The translations under genes were made by a program, and so were the position numbers. Positions 9,119 through 17,335 of a stretch of DNA of 19,651 bases are shown piece by piece. The notes beneath the pieces were generated by a model. The model made no database searches. It saw nothing but the letters and a program-made list of their open reading frames with translations, and had not been told where the DNA came from. The stretch is taken from IMG/VR virus record IMGVR_UViG_2563366883_000015, one strand, 5' to 3'. Position 1 is the stretch's first letter, and every line of letters begins with the position of its first letter. Source of the stretch: a virus (Duplodnaviria > Heunggongvirae > Uroviricota > Caudoviricetes).

Positions 9119-9441
9119 ACTTTCAGCCCCCTCTCATGTAACCAGTGGGCTGCACGCAGCCTGGCGTTTTCCTCACCAGCAAGCAGTGCGCGGATAATCC
9201 CGGCCACCTCGCTGTCGTCGTCCTTCACCGCGGTATGAAGCGTGATGCCCCGGGCCACGCCACGCTTTATCGTGATGACGCCTTTTTTCTCCAGTGCGCG
9301 AAGATGCTCCACCGCTGCATTCACTGAACGGTATCCCAGCATGGTAGCCACCTCCTGATTGGTTGGCGGGAAGCCACGTTCTTTCTGGTAAGAAATCAGC
9401 ATATCCAGCACCTGCTGCTGGCATTGAGTTAACGTCGTCAT
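9115..9441 (-). CDS. LexA N-terminal DNA-binding-domain protein lacking the S24 peptidase domain
   Basis: 108 aa from ATG 9441: MTTLTQCQQQVLDMLISYQKERGFPPTNQEVATMLGYRSVNAAVEHLRALEKKGVITIKRGVARGITL parallels the LexA winged-helix domain. No Ser/Lys protease region follows. Confidence 0.7.
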   Translation of the reverse strand: MTTLTQCQQQVLDMLISYQKERGFPPTNQEVATMLGYRSVNAAVEHLRALEKKGVITIKRGVARGITLHTAVKDDDSEVAGIIRALLAGEENARLRAAHWLHERGLKV

Positions 9442-9929
9442 TAAGCCCCCACGTAATTCCCTGACAGATACCACTCTTCACCCGATACAGCGCGCTTGCT
9501 GCTTTTCCGTAAACACCGCTCACGACGCGCAAGAAAATTGTTTCGCTCTTGCTGGGAGTGGCTTTCACGGAATGCCGCCATCCACACCGTTGCAGCACGA
9601 CGGTATAAGCCCCTGGACTCCAGTTCTTCCGCCTGGCGGGTCAGGCACAAAATCACCCGGGGATCGTTAGTGCCGACATAGAAATTGCGCACAGGTCTGG
9701 ATTCACGAACTGGTTGCGGTTCCGGCTCCTGCGGTATCTCAGTCAGCCGCGGGAAATGTCTGCGTGTATCCCCTTCACAACGGTGAGCCACACGCCCACT
9801 CTGACGTAACTTGCTTGCTGACTGCAGAACGCGCTGTCGTGAGTAACCTGCAAAAGCATCCGCAATGTCTCCGGAAGTACACCCCGGATGGGCTTCAATG
9901 AATTTCTGAACGTCATTCAAAAGACTCAT
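9441..9929 (-). CDS. Putative transcriptional regulator with C-terminal PerC/Pch-like motif
   Basis: C-terminal segment AEELESRGLYRRAATVWMAAF...NNFLARRERCLRK resembles the PerC-family core; ~90 aa of extra N-terminal sequence. ATG 9929 with AGGGGG upstream. Confidence 0.55.
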   Translation of the reverse strand: MSLLNDVQKFIEAHPGCTSGDIADAFAGYSRQRVLQSASKLRQSGRVAHRCEGDTRRHFPRLTEIPQEPEPQPVRESRPVRNFYVGTNDPRVILCLTRQAEELESRGLYRRAATVWMAAFRESHSQQERNNFLARRERCLRKSSKRAVSGEEWYLSGNYVGA

Positions 9930-9931
9930 GA

Positions 9932-10873
9932 TCACCCCCTGAATCCTGCCGGGATCTGGCTGTAGTCCACGTTGTCGTAACTGGCTTTGAAGTACGGGTC
10001 TTCGCGTTTTTCGGTGTACGTGCTGACGGACGGCGATAAGCGCAGGGAAAGCTCATCCCATTTTTCCCGCAGCTTCGACGGGCTGAGCACGTTACGGCAC
10101 CAGAACGGATCGCGACTGACGCGGCTGTACATCTCGCAGATTTGTTTATGAGTACGACCATCCTGCACACACATCAGGCGAATTTCGTTTGCCCAGGCTG
10201 TCCAGTTCGGTTCTTTGGGACGAACCACCTCGCCGTCACATTCGGCGGCATGCTCGTACAGGGCGATGATTTTTTTCCAGAGCCACTGTGCGCAGGTCAA
10301 ATCATCCTGCGTCCCCCACTGGCGCTTTTTAGGGCTGAATACAACCGCATCAGGATGGCGAGTTAAAAAATCCTGTTCAGCCGTCTGCGTGTCCGGTTGC
10401 GAAGCGTCCGGACGAGAAGTTTTTTTATCTGACGGATCATGTTTTGATTTTACTGACGGATCCCCACCAGATTCTGACGGGTGAAAACCCGCTTTTTTGC
10501 CAGATTTCGACGCATCAAATTTTGACGGGTCAGATTTTGATGCGTCAGATTTTGACGGGTCAGAATCTGACAGTTGAGAAAATGCCGCTGCCTGAAGCTT
10601 CGCAACGTTAAGCTGATAAACATTCGACGCATTGCGGTTACCCTGGCGACGCGCCCTACGCGTTAACCAGCCTTCTGCTTCCAGCCGTGCGATAGCCGTT
10701 CTGACGGTACTCATCCCCGCGCCAATCTGGCGGGCAATGGTTTCAATTGATGGCCAGCACACACCTTCGTCATTACTGAAATCAGCCAGGCGGGCCATAA
10801 TTGCCACGCTGGATAATTTCATGCCTGATGCAGCGCAACCATCCCATACATAGCCGGTTAATTTAGTGCTCAT
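9932..10873 (-). CDS. Phage replication initiator (N-terminal HTH domain, low-complexity linker, conserved phage replication C-terminus)
   Basis: 313 aa. N-terminal winged-HTH-like region ...SIETIARQIGAGMSTVRTAIARLEAEGWL, linker SDSDPSKSDASKSDPSKFDASKS encoded by DNA repeats, Trp/Cys-rich C-terminus. GAGG RBS. Confidence 0.8.
   Translation of the reverse strand: MSTKLTGYVWDGCAASGMKLSSVAIMARLADFSNDEGVCWPSIETIARQIGAGMSTVRTAIARLEAEGWLTRRARRQGNRNASNVYQLNVAKLQAAAFSQLSDSDPSKSDASKSDPSKFDASKSGKKAGFHPSESGGDPSVKSKHDPSDKKTSRPDASQPDTQTAEQDFLTRHPDAVVFSPKKRQWGTQDDLTCAQWLWKKIIALYEHAAECDGEVVRPKEPNWTAWANEIRLMCVQDGRTHKQICEMYSRVSRDPFWCRNVLSPSKLREKWDELSLRLSPSVSTYTEKREDPYFKASYDNVDYSQIPAGFRG
10445..10576. repeat. 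Iteron-like array of ~7 imperfect 15-16-bp direct repeats (consensus approx. CAGATTTTGACGGGT) inside the replication initiator gene; candidate ori
   Basis: Copies at approx. 10445, 10468, 10501, 10517, 10532, 10547 and 10562; the last four are contiguous. Same layout as lambda ori iterons within gene O. Confidence 0.5.
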
Positions 10874-10882
10874 GACCGACCT

Positions 10883-11221
10883 CTATTTCCCTGAATTTAC
10901 GACGAAACTGTTCGAGCGGGCTGAAGCACTCATGCTCATAGCCTTCGCGGAGGTAGATAACACGTTGTGTTTCCGGCTCCCAACGAATGACTCTGACGGG
11001 CACTCCGTAGTGATCTTTGAACCAGCGGTTAACTTGTCGCAAAGGACTGTCTCCTTCTGCCGGTTGAAATCACCCACAGCCCACTCTGCAAAGCTGTGGG
11101 TTACAATTTCCCTGTCACCTGGTACATTTACTGCATAGCAATACTCCACCTTCGCTTTTCCACCCGGTACAGGAAGCGCAATCAGTTGCGAGCGACGGTA
11201 GTGTGTTGTTAAACTGTTCAT
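10883..11221 (-). CDS. Hypothetical early-region protein
   Basis: 112-aa ORF whose start overlaps the upstream gene stop (ATGA coupling). C-terminal third is low-complexity, so it may be frameshifted or shorter. No family recognised. Confidence 0.35.
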   Translation of the reverse strand: MNSLTTHYRRSQLIALPVPGGKAKVEYCYAVNVPGDREIVTHSFAEWAVGDFNRQKETVLCDKLTAGSKITTECPSESFVGSRKHNVLSTSAKAMSMSASARSNSFVVNSGK

Positions 11222-11769
11222 GCGTTAGTTTCTCCACAGTCACGACACGCCACGGCGCCCGGAGCTGCACACTCGCGGGCGTCACTACTTTCTGAAACGC
11301 AAAAGATTTTGTAGACCAGTGCTGCATGCTCCTGCAGCTTCGAAATTGAGAGGTACAGCTCATCGTTAATTGCTGTCTTCTCATGCGGTTCCACTACACC
11401 GTCTTCAATTGCTGAACGAATCTGTTTTGAATAACTGCCGATCTGTTCAATGACTTCCAGCAGGCGTTGGTTGATATCGGCGTTGTCCACATCCTCGACA
11501 TCAGGAAGAGACACAAAGACGCCATTTGCAGACTGCGCCACAGCGTCAGCAATGAAGTGAGTTCCACCAGCACGTTGCAAAATCATTGCCCATCCCAGCG
11601 GGAAAATCTGATCGCCATCGGCACGAAGGCGGTTAAATAATGCGTTCTCTGTTACATCCAGCCAGTCAGCAGCTTCAGCGTCCCCCCCCGGCAACGCTGC
11701 GATAGTTTTTCTGACAGCTTTCACGTACCACTCAGGCTGTTTTTCTACTTTCCAGTGATGCTTACCCAC
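11218..11769 (-). CDS. Early regulatory protein, CII/YdaT-like (assignment tentative)
   Basis: 183-aa ORF at the position expected for the cII-equivalent upstream of replication genes; Cys cluster at the C-terminus. Family assignment is from memory and tentative. Confidence 0.5.
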   Translation of the reverse strand: MGKHHWKVEKQPEWYVKAVRKTIAALPGGDAEAADWLDVTENALFNRLRADGDQIFPLGWAMILQRAGGTHFIADAVAQSANGVFVSLPDVEDVDNADINQRLLEVIEQIGSYSKQIRSAIEDGVVEPHEKTAINDELYLSISKLQEHAALVYKIFCVSESSDARECAAPGAVACRDCGETNA

Positions 11770-11881
11770 GGTTCACCTCCTGTTCCTGTGGTTTAAACCC
11801 ATTCTGGTTTTGGCTAGATTGAAAACGTGCCGGATAAAGAATCTGCATTTCGCTGACTTCACCCTTAAAAAAATTGGCTAA

Positions 11882-12238
11882 ACGTTCTGCAAGCTCGATA
11901 GATGGAATCTGCTCCAGCCTCTCATGCCGCAAACCAAGAGCATTGCGGTCAAATGTACGAATGTTGCTGCGCAGGCTTATTTAACAATGCGTCTGGAAGC
12001 CAGTGCCGTTTCTGGTCAGGCGATGGTGTCGGACAATCAGGATTTAGGTTTTATTGTCGCCGATCAGAACGATACGCCGATCACGCCTAACGATCTCAAT
12101 AGCGTTATTCCTTTCCGTCTGGATGCAGCTGCGGCAGCCAATGTCACACTTCGCGCCTGGCCTATCAGTATTACCGGTCAAAAACCGACCGAAGCGCCGT
12201 TTAGCGCGCTGGGGTATTTACGCGTCGATTATCAATGA
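11882..12238 (+). pseudogene. sfmH: sfmH fimbrial adhesin gene, 3' fragment only (5' end replaced by phage DNA)
   Basis: Frame encodes a fimbrial-subunit C-terminal strand (...LGYLRVDYQ) directly upstream of sfmF. In-frame stop at 11879. The N-terminal two thirds of a ~325-aa adhesin are absent. Confidence 0.6.
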
Positions 12239-12248
12239 GGTACGGAGA

Positions 12249-12764
12249 ATGAGAAGAGTATTCTTTAGCTGTTTCTGCGGGTTACTGTGGAGTTCCAGTG
12301 GATGGGCAGCTGACCCTTTAGGAACGATTAATATCAATTTGCACGGTAACGTTGTTGATTTCTCCTGTACCGTAAACACAGCGGATATTGATAAGACGGT
12401 AGATTTAGGCAGATGGCCTACGACACAACTACTGAACGCTGGCGATACCACGGCACTCGTCCCTTTTAGCCTGCGGCTGGAGGGATGTCCTCCGGGTTCA
12501 GTTGCGATTTTATTTACGGGAACGCCGGCATCTGATGCCAACCTGCTGGCTCTGGATGATCCCGCAATGGCACAAACCGTCGCCATCGAATTACGTAATA
12601 GCGATCGCTCCCGGCTCGCACTGGGGGAGGCGAGCCCGACTGAGGAAGTTGATGCAAATGGCAATGTCACACTAAACTTTTTTGCCAATTATCGAGCGTT
12701 AGCCAGCGGTGTTCGGCCAGGTGTGGCGAAAGCGGATGCGATATTTATGATCAATTATAATTAA
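12249..12764 (+). CDS. sfmF: Type 1-like fimbrial minor subunit SfmF
   Basis: 171 aa from ATG 12249 with signal peptide MRRVFFSCFCGLLWSSSGWA/ADP and fimbrial C-terminus; GAGG 8 nt upstream. The ORF track starts further upstream at 12054. Confidence 0.85.
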   Translation: MRRVFFSCFCGLLWSSSGWAADPLGTININLHGNVVDFSCTVNTADIDKTVDLGRWPTTQLLNAGDTTALVPFSLRLEGCPPGSVAILFTGTPASDANLLALDDPAMAQTVAIELRNSDRSRLALGEASPTEEVDANGNVTLNFFANYRALASGVRPGVAKADAIFMINYN

Positions 12765-12766
12765 TA

Positions 12767-13399
12767 TTATATTAATTCATATAATTTGGCGTAGTCGATG
12801 AGCTCTACAATTGAATGCAAACCTAGCTTGCCATAAATATTAGATTTATGCGCGCTAACTGTTTTATTGCTAAGTAATAACTTATCGGCAATTTCTTTAT
12901 TAGATAATCCGCTGACCAGATAACGTAATATCGTCACTTCACGATTAGATAGCACAGTGATCGTTGAACTATTCGTACTACATTTATTGCTTTTTATATA
13001 GTTGAGCGTTTCGCTGGGAAAAAAAGTGTATCCGGAGAGGATCATCTGAACGGCATGAAAAATATCATTCTGATCATTGCATTTACTGACAAAACCGTTA
13101 GCACCAGCTTGTATCGCTCTGCCAGCATAAAAGCATTCTGATTTCGATGATAAAAATAATACTTTCACTGTGCTCTGGATTTGTTTGATCCTTTTCAGGA
13201 AGGTAAAACCGTCTGTTCCGGGCAAGTCTATATCCATAATGATTAAATCAACAGGACGGGTTCGGAGATAATCGATGGTTATGCGGTAATCATCCGTTTT
13301 CAGGACAATCTGCAATTCACTGTTTTTTTGCAACAGAACTTCAATAGACATTCTGATGATAGGATGAGTATCCATAATGATCACCGACGTTGGTTTCAT
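12767..13399 (-). CDS. fimZ: LuxR/NarL-family response regulator FimZ
   Basis: 210 aa from ATG 13399 (MKPTSVIIMDTHPIIRMSIEVLL...): receiver domain plus C-terminal LuxR HTH, in the expected position between sfmF and argU. Confidence 0.9.
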   Translation of the reverse strand: MKPTSVIIMDTHPIIRMSIEVLLQKNSELQIVLKTDDYRITIDYLRTRPVDLIIMDIDLPGTDGFTFLKRIKQIQSTVKVLFLSSKSECFYAGRAIQAGANGFVSKCNDQNDIFHAVQMILSGYTFFPSETLNYIKSNKCSTNSSTITVLSNREVTILRYLVSGLSNKEIADKLLLSNKTVSAHKSNIYGKLGLHSIVELIDYAKLYELI

Positions 13400-13582
13400 A
13401 GTTACCAGTCTCATAGGAGCGGACAATTTTCCGTTAGGGCGGTAAATTGTACTTTGATACATGAAAATACGGGTTTTCTTGATTCAGACGCGCAGCGGTG
13501 TGCGTTTGTTTGCCGCTATAGCGAAATAAATCAGAAAATCAGACGCGGTCGTTCACTTGTTCAGCAACCAGATCAAAAGCCA

Positions 13583-13610
13583 TTGACTCAGCAAGGGTTG
13601 ACCGTATAAT
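13583..13610 (+). promoter_or_regulatory. Sigma70 promoter for the tRNA-Arg gene
   Basis: TTGACT (13583-13588), 16-bp spacer, TATAAT (13605-13610), ~30 bp upstream of the tRNA 5' end. Confidence 0.6.
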
Positions 13611-13641
13611 TCACGCGATTACACCGCATTGCGGTATCAAC

Positions 13642-13718
13642 GCGCCCTTAGCTCAGTTGGATAGAGCAACGACCTTCTAAGTCGTGGGCCGCAGGTTCGA
13701 ATCCTGCAGGGCGCGCCA
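13642..13718 (+). tRNA. argU: tRNA-Arg (anticodon UCU), encoded CCA end; prophage attachment site
   Basis: 77 nt GCGCCCTTAGCTCAGTTGGATAGAGCAACGACCTTCTAAGTCGTGGGCCGCAGGTTCGAATCCTGCAGGGCGCGCCA with clear cloverleaf; anticodon loop CTTCTAA. Confidence 0.95.
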
Positions 13719-13733
13719 TTACAATTCAATCAG

Positions 13734-14897
13734 TTACGCCTTCTTTATATCCTCCATAATTCCAGAGTGGGACATATTTGGGACATTATCACCAAAAATG
13801 TCGTCTATTTTCCTCGCATGCTCTGTCAAATGATTAGGCGCAAGGTGAGCATACCTACGAACCATTTCTATGGACTCCCATCCGCCCATTTCCTGAAGCA
13901 CTGATAATGGGACGCCTGACTGAATCAGCCAGCTTGCCCAGGTGTGTCTGAGGTCATGGAAACGGAAATCTTCAATTCCTGCACGACGACAAGCTGATAG
14001 CCATGATGTCTTGCTGTCGATGCGCATCTTCCTGACCGCAGGCGTTGATGTTCCATCTGCTCGCTTAGCCGCCTTGGTATGTACAAACACCCATTTGTGA
14101 TGCTTGCCTATTTGATCACGCAACACTTTACAGGCGGTATCGTTCAGCGCCACACCAATGGCGCGGTTTGATTTGCTCTCTTCTGGATTCACCCAGGCAA
14201 CTCGTCGCTGCATGTCGATTTGTTGCCATTCCAGATTTATGATGTTCGACTTTCTCAGACCAGTTGCCAGCGCAAACTTGACGACAGATTTCAGTGGTTC
14301 GGGGCACTCATCAATAAGGCGTTTTGCTTCCTCCTTTTCCAGCCATCTGACTCGCTTGTTTCTGACCGCTGGTATCTTGATGACAGGCGCTTTTTCCAGC
14401 CACTTCCAGTCGCGTTCTGCAGCACGGAGAATGGCCTTTATCATGGCAAGATGCTTTGCCTTTGTCTGAGTTGATACTGGCTTTGGTTCATAAACAGGCG
14501 GTTCTTTACCTTTCCTGATGGCGGCCCGAACTTTCTGTTTCCATATTTCTTTCGTCTTTCTGTTATGCATTCTGCTTACAGCAGAGTAAATCTTTGCCTC
14601 CGAGATATCTTTAAGCCTTATACCCTCAAAATGTTCAAGCCAGAACTCAATCCGGCTTTTATCTGAATCGAGAGATTTTTTATCAGCCTTTTCCTCAAGC
14701 CATCTTAGGCAGGCCTCTTCAAAAGTGACATCAGGTAAATCCCCTAGCTTTTCTACTCGCCAGAGTTCTGCTTTTCGCTTGTCGTGCAACTCCTGAGCTT
14801 GCCGCTTGTCCTTTGTGCCAAGAGATTCCTTAATTCGTTTCCCGCCCGGGAGCGAATACGAGGCATACCATATTTCATTTCTGCGGAAGAGTGACAT
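13734..14897 (-). CDS. intD: Tyrosine site-specific integrase (DLP12 IntD-like)
   Basis: 387 aa [35 protein letters not shown]... with catalytic motifs ...HDLRHTWAS... and ...VRRYAHL...; GAGGA RBS. Confidence 0.95.
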   Translation of the reverse strand: MSLFRRNEIWYASYSLPGGKRIKESLGTKDKRQAQELHDKRKAELWRVEKLGDLPDVTFEEACLRWLEEKADKKSLDSDKSRIEFWLEHFEGIRLKDISEAKIYSAVSRMHNRKTKEIWKQKVRAAIRKGKEPPVYEPKPVSTQTKAKHLAMIKAILRAAERDWKWLEKAPVIKIPAVRNKRVRWLEKEEAKRLIDECPEPLKSVVKFALATGLRKSNIINLEWQQIDMQRRVAWVNPEESKSNRAIGVALNDTACKVLRDQIGKHHKWVFVHTKAAKRADGTSTPAVRKMRIDSKTSWLSACRRAGIEDFRFHDLRHTWASWLIQSGVPLSVLQEMGGWESIEMVRRYAHLAPNHLTEHARKIDDIFGDNVPNMSHSGIMEDIKKA

Positions 14898-15124
14898 TTT
14901 CTTTCCTCTGTTATGCCATCACCCGCGCTCACCTGGACAGTATGCAGCGGAGACTGAAGCGCCGCAATGCAGGCTTGCCGTGTTGTGAGGTAAGGAGATT
15001 TTGGCTTGGTTGGATCTTTACGTGTTGCCTGTAGGCGGCCTGTTCGTATCCAGTTGGTGGCGGTTGGTCTGGATATCTGAAGAAACTGACAGGCCTCATC
15101 GAGTGTGAGGCTGTATGGCTCCAT
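14753..15124 (-). CDS. xisD: Excisionase-like (Xis/AlpA-type HTH) protein; true stop may be earlier
   Basis: Start ATG 15124 ([35 protein letters not shown]...). The open frame overlaps the int start by ~145 nt. The ORF track extends upstream to 15208. Confidence 0.55.
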   Translation of the reverse strand: MEPYSLTLDEACQFLQISRPTATNWIRTGRLQATRKDPTKPKSPYLTTRQACIAALQSPLHTVQVSAGDGITEERKCHSSAEMKYGMPRIRSRAGNELRNLLAQRTSGKLRSCTTSEKQNSGE

Positions 15125-15429
15125 TATTTCACCTCTTGCTGTGTCATTGTTGAAAAATGGATAACAGCTCGTTGCTGCCAGACGATCCAACCGAGAGTCA
15201 TATCCCATGCCATGTATTCGTTATCGCCGTTTTTTGCTCTCCGACGATCTACTAAGTCACCGAAACGCTTTTCCATGAATAATTCATAGGCTTCGCGTTC
15301 ATCTGGCTCTACTTCCAGAGATACGAGTGCGATTTCATAAGCACGGCGCTCAATATCGTCTCGAACCTCTAGGCTGCTGATTCGTTCTTTGATTTCTTTA
15401 ATCAGTTCTTTATTGGTAAATGTGGTCAT
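15124..15429 (-). CDS. yfdT: Small early-left protein, YfdT-like
   Basis: 101-aa ORF MTTFTNKELIKEIKERISSLEVRDD..., translationally coupled to the upstream gene (TAATG). Length and position match my recollection of the yfdP-Q-R-S-T cluster. Confidence 0.5.
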   Translation of the reverse strand: MTTFTNKELIKEIKERISSLEVRDDIERRAYEIALVSLEVEPDEREAYELFMEKRFGDLVDRRRAKNGDNEYMAWDMTLGWIVWQQRAVIHFSTMTQQEVK

Positions 15430-15791
15430 TATGCTCCAGCCTCCGGTGCTTTTGGCATTACTGCCCAGTGAGTGATATTGACGTTTTCAAGGTCCCCGAC
15501 CTGAAATGTCCACTGCCATTCTCCGGTTTCTTTTTGTCCCCAGGTGTACCAGAGAGAACGCCAGCCAATCAGCCAGCCTTCTCCGTTAGCATCAAATAAC
15601 AGAACACTTTCATTTGCTGGTGGCAGTTCAGCTGACACTGGTATTATTTTGTTTTCCAGTGCCGCACATTTAGCTTCAAGCGCGTCGAATTTACGTAACA
15701 GGTACTCAGCATTTGTTTCATTCACTTTCAGATCTCGCGGTACACATTTCCCGCGAAGAAACCCTTCCATTTCGAAAACATTCATGCGCAT
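15429..15791 (-). CDS. yfdS: Early-left protein, YfdS-like (Trp-rich C-terminus, possibly DUF551-like)
   Basis: 120 aa MRMNVFEMEGFLRGK...WLIGWRSLWYTWGQKETGEWQWTF...ITHWAVMP; GGAG 9 nt upstream of ATG 15791. Confidence 0.55.
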   Translation of the reverse strand: MRMNVFEMEGFLRGKCVPRDLKVNETNAEYLLRKFDALEAKCAALENKIIPVSAELPPANESVLLFDANGEGWLIGWRSLWYTWGQKETGEWQWTFQVGDLENVNITHWAVMPKAPEAGA

Positions 15792-16318
15792 TTGCGTAAC
15801 TCCGATAAATCGTTAAAACGTTCCATAAACATCCCGTAGGCATGACCCGGTGCCAGTGGAATCACGTTGAACATCTCTGTTGCCGGGATGCCTTCCAGTA
15901 CAGGCCAGAAAGAGCCATCATCAAGCCCGAGATCGCGGCGTTCGGTTGCCAGCATGATGAGATCGGCATATTTCACGGGTGTACTCATAACTGGGGGTAA
16001 CCCGTATTTCTCACGGATTACGGCGTCTATTTTTTCTTCCATCCGTTTATAGTCAGGAAGAAGGCGTTTCAGTGGTGCGGGAATGTCCTGGCAATACGCT
16101 TCTGTTGCATCATGCATTAACGCTTCAAAAGCAAATTCCTGCGGCACCAGCTGGCTGCAAAGAACCGCATGTTGGGCGACGCTGTAGAAGTGCGAAAGAT
16201 GACCGGCAAAGCGACAGATATTTGAAAGGGAAACCGCGATATCGTTAATATCGATGTCGTCTTTATTTATCTTGTCATAATAAAAATGCTTCCCGGAAAA
16301 AGTTTTAATAAATGACAT
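15782..16318 (-). CDS. yfdR: HD-domain phosphohydrolase (YfdR-like)
   Basis: 178 aa from ATG 16318 (MSFIKTFSGKHFYYDKINKDD...). HD motifs ...VAQHAV... and ...LMHDATEAY...; GGAGAA RBS. The ORF track extends to 16345. Confidence 0.8.
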   Translation of the reverse strand: MSFIKTFSGKHFYYDKINKDDIDINDIAVSLSNICRFAGHLSHFYSVAQHAVLCSQLVPQEFAFEALMHDATEAYCQDIPAPLKRLLPDYKRMEEKIDAVIREKYGLPPVMSTPVKYADLIMLATERRDLGLDDGSFWPVLEGIPATEMFNVIPLAPGHAYGMFMERFNDLSELRKCA

Positions 16319-16411
16319 TTTGTTCTCCACGTATATGCACTGCACCGCGCTGAATTCTGGTAAAAGGAAGCCCTCACCATCCGGTGATTATTGAGTTAAT
16401 TACGTTTCCAT

Positions 16412-16433
16412 AAATGCCCCCGCAGGGGCATTT
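16412..16433 (-). terminator. GC-rich hairpin downstream of yfdQ (weak terminator candidate)
   Basis: AAATGCCCC-CGCA-GGGGCATTT perfect 9-bp stem 13 nt after the yfdQ stop; only a weak T-run follows. Confidence 0.3.
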
Positions 16434-16445
16434 GCAGTAATGAAA

Positions 16446-17270
16446 TCAGGCGGTGAAAGTACCAATAAAGGTTTCTACTTTGCTGTCTTTGAATTTCTCA
16501 ACAAGCAGATCACGAAATTCGTTAGCCATTTCTTCCTGCACCGCTTCCAGCTGAATAATGCGCAGAACCAGTACAGGACGATCGCCAGTGATAATGCTGA
16601 GGCGTAATTTAAACGGACGTTCTTTCAGACCTTCAAACGGAACGCATTTAAATTCAAATGCCACTGGCATAATGTCTTTGGTCTTCGCTTCGACAGACTC
16701 CATCAGGGAGCGTTTGCCGCTGAAGTCATTATCTTCAAAATCAGCGGTCTGGTTTGCTTCAATCGTGATTTTACGGACTGCCGCAGCCGCTTTTGTTGCT
16801 TGAATGGCGTCACCATTAGCATCAAAGCCCACAAGGTAGTCGGCCCAGTCTTCGATCCATTCTGCCAGTGACTTCTGGGAGTTACGCTCGCCGTTAACAG
16901 ACAACAGAGCAGAGAACGGTGCTGTCTTTTTCAGTTTGAGAGTGGCAGTGTTATCTGCGTGACCTGGTTCATCAATAGTACCCAGGTTAAGCACACTGAC
17001 GGCTCGCATATTATCGGCATCGATAAAGCAGCGGGTGCCTTCATCTGCAAGATCTTTAGAATAACGGGTAAAGTCATCGATGCTGGCAGTGGAAAGCGCA
17101 CCACGGAAACGGAAGCGATTTAAATTAAATTTTTCCAGATCATGAATGCGGAAATTCTCAGGCAATGCCACAGCATCGGCACCAATCTTACTGATAATTT
17201 CATTAACACCCTGAGCAGAAATAAGGGCATGGATTTGATTAATTGCGGTTGCGTCTAAGTTCTGAGACAT
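16446..17270 (-). CDS. yfdQ: YfdQ-like prophage protein (DUF2303-like)
   Basis: 274 aa [30 protein letters not shown]... with GTGAGGA RBS; ordered yfdP-yfdQ-yfdR as in the CPS-53 cluster. Confidence 0.75.
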   Translation of the reverse strand: MSQNLDATAINQIHALISAQGVNEIISKIGADAVALPENFRIHDLEKFNLNRFRFRGALSTASIDDFTRYSKDLADEGTRCFIDADNMRAVSVLNLGTIDEPGHADNTATLKLKKTAPFSALLSVNGERNSQKSLAEWIEDWADYLVGFDANGDAIQATKAAAAVRKITIEANQTADFEDNDFSGKRSLMESVEAKTKDIMPVAFEFKCVPFEGLKERPFKLRLSIITGDRPVLVLRIIQLEAVQEEMANEFRDLLVEKFKDSKVETFIGTFTA

Positions 17271-17335
17271 AATAAGTCCTCACTATATAAAAATATTCAG
17301 TGATGAGAGAAATAATCAGTTTATTAAAAACGATA

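Larger units (their letters stand above)
1..11880. mobile_element. Lambdoid prophage remnant (late, lysis, nin and replication modules; DLP12-like), inverted relative to the argU prophage; right boundary approximate
   Basis: Contiguous minus-strand phage genes (tfa, stf', Rz/Rz1, R, S, Q, rusA, replication initiator). No integrase, cro or cI on this side. Abuts truncated sfmH. Confidence 0.8.

Noticed and set aside
10445-10576. Possible CRISPR array (short direct repeats)
   Set aside because: The repeats are only ~15 bp, mostly contiguous with no unique spacers, lie inside a coding sequence, and no cas genes are present. Interpreted as iterons.
10450-10632. 60-aa minus-strand ORF (MRRMFISLTLRSFRQRHFLNCQILTRQNLTHQNL...) with internal peptide repeats
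   Set aside because: It is an alternative frame of the iteron repeat array inside the replication initiator gene. The periodic peptide is a by-product of the DNA repeats.
12218-12688. 156-aa minus-strand ORF overlapping sfmF
   Set aside because: Antisense to a fimbrial subunit gene that has a signal peptide and a conserved C-terminus; Ser/Ala-rich low-complexity translation.
14158-14988. Plus-strand ORFs inside the integrase and xis genes (14158-14469, 14220-14474, 14806-14988)
   Set aside because: Antisense to the integrase and excisionase; no RBS and no recognisable domains.
15125-15208. Upstream extension of the xis ORF (ORF track begins at 15208)
   Set aside because: The helix-turn-helix region begins at Met 15124, which has a GGTGAAATA RBS. 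The upstream codons overlap the C-terminus of the neighbouring gene and look like read-in frame.
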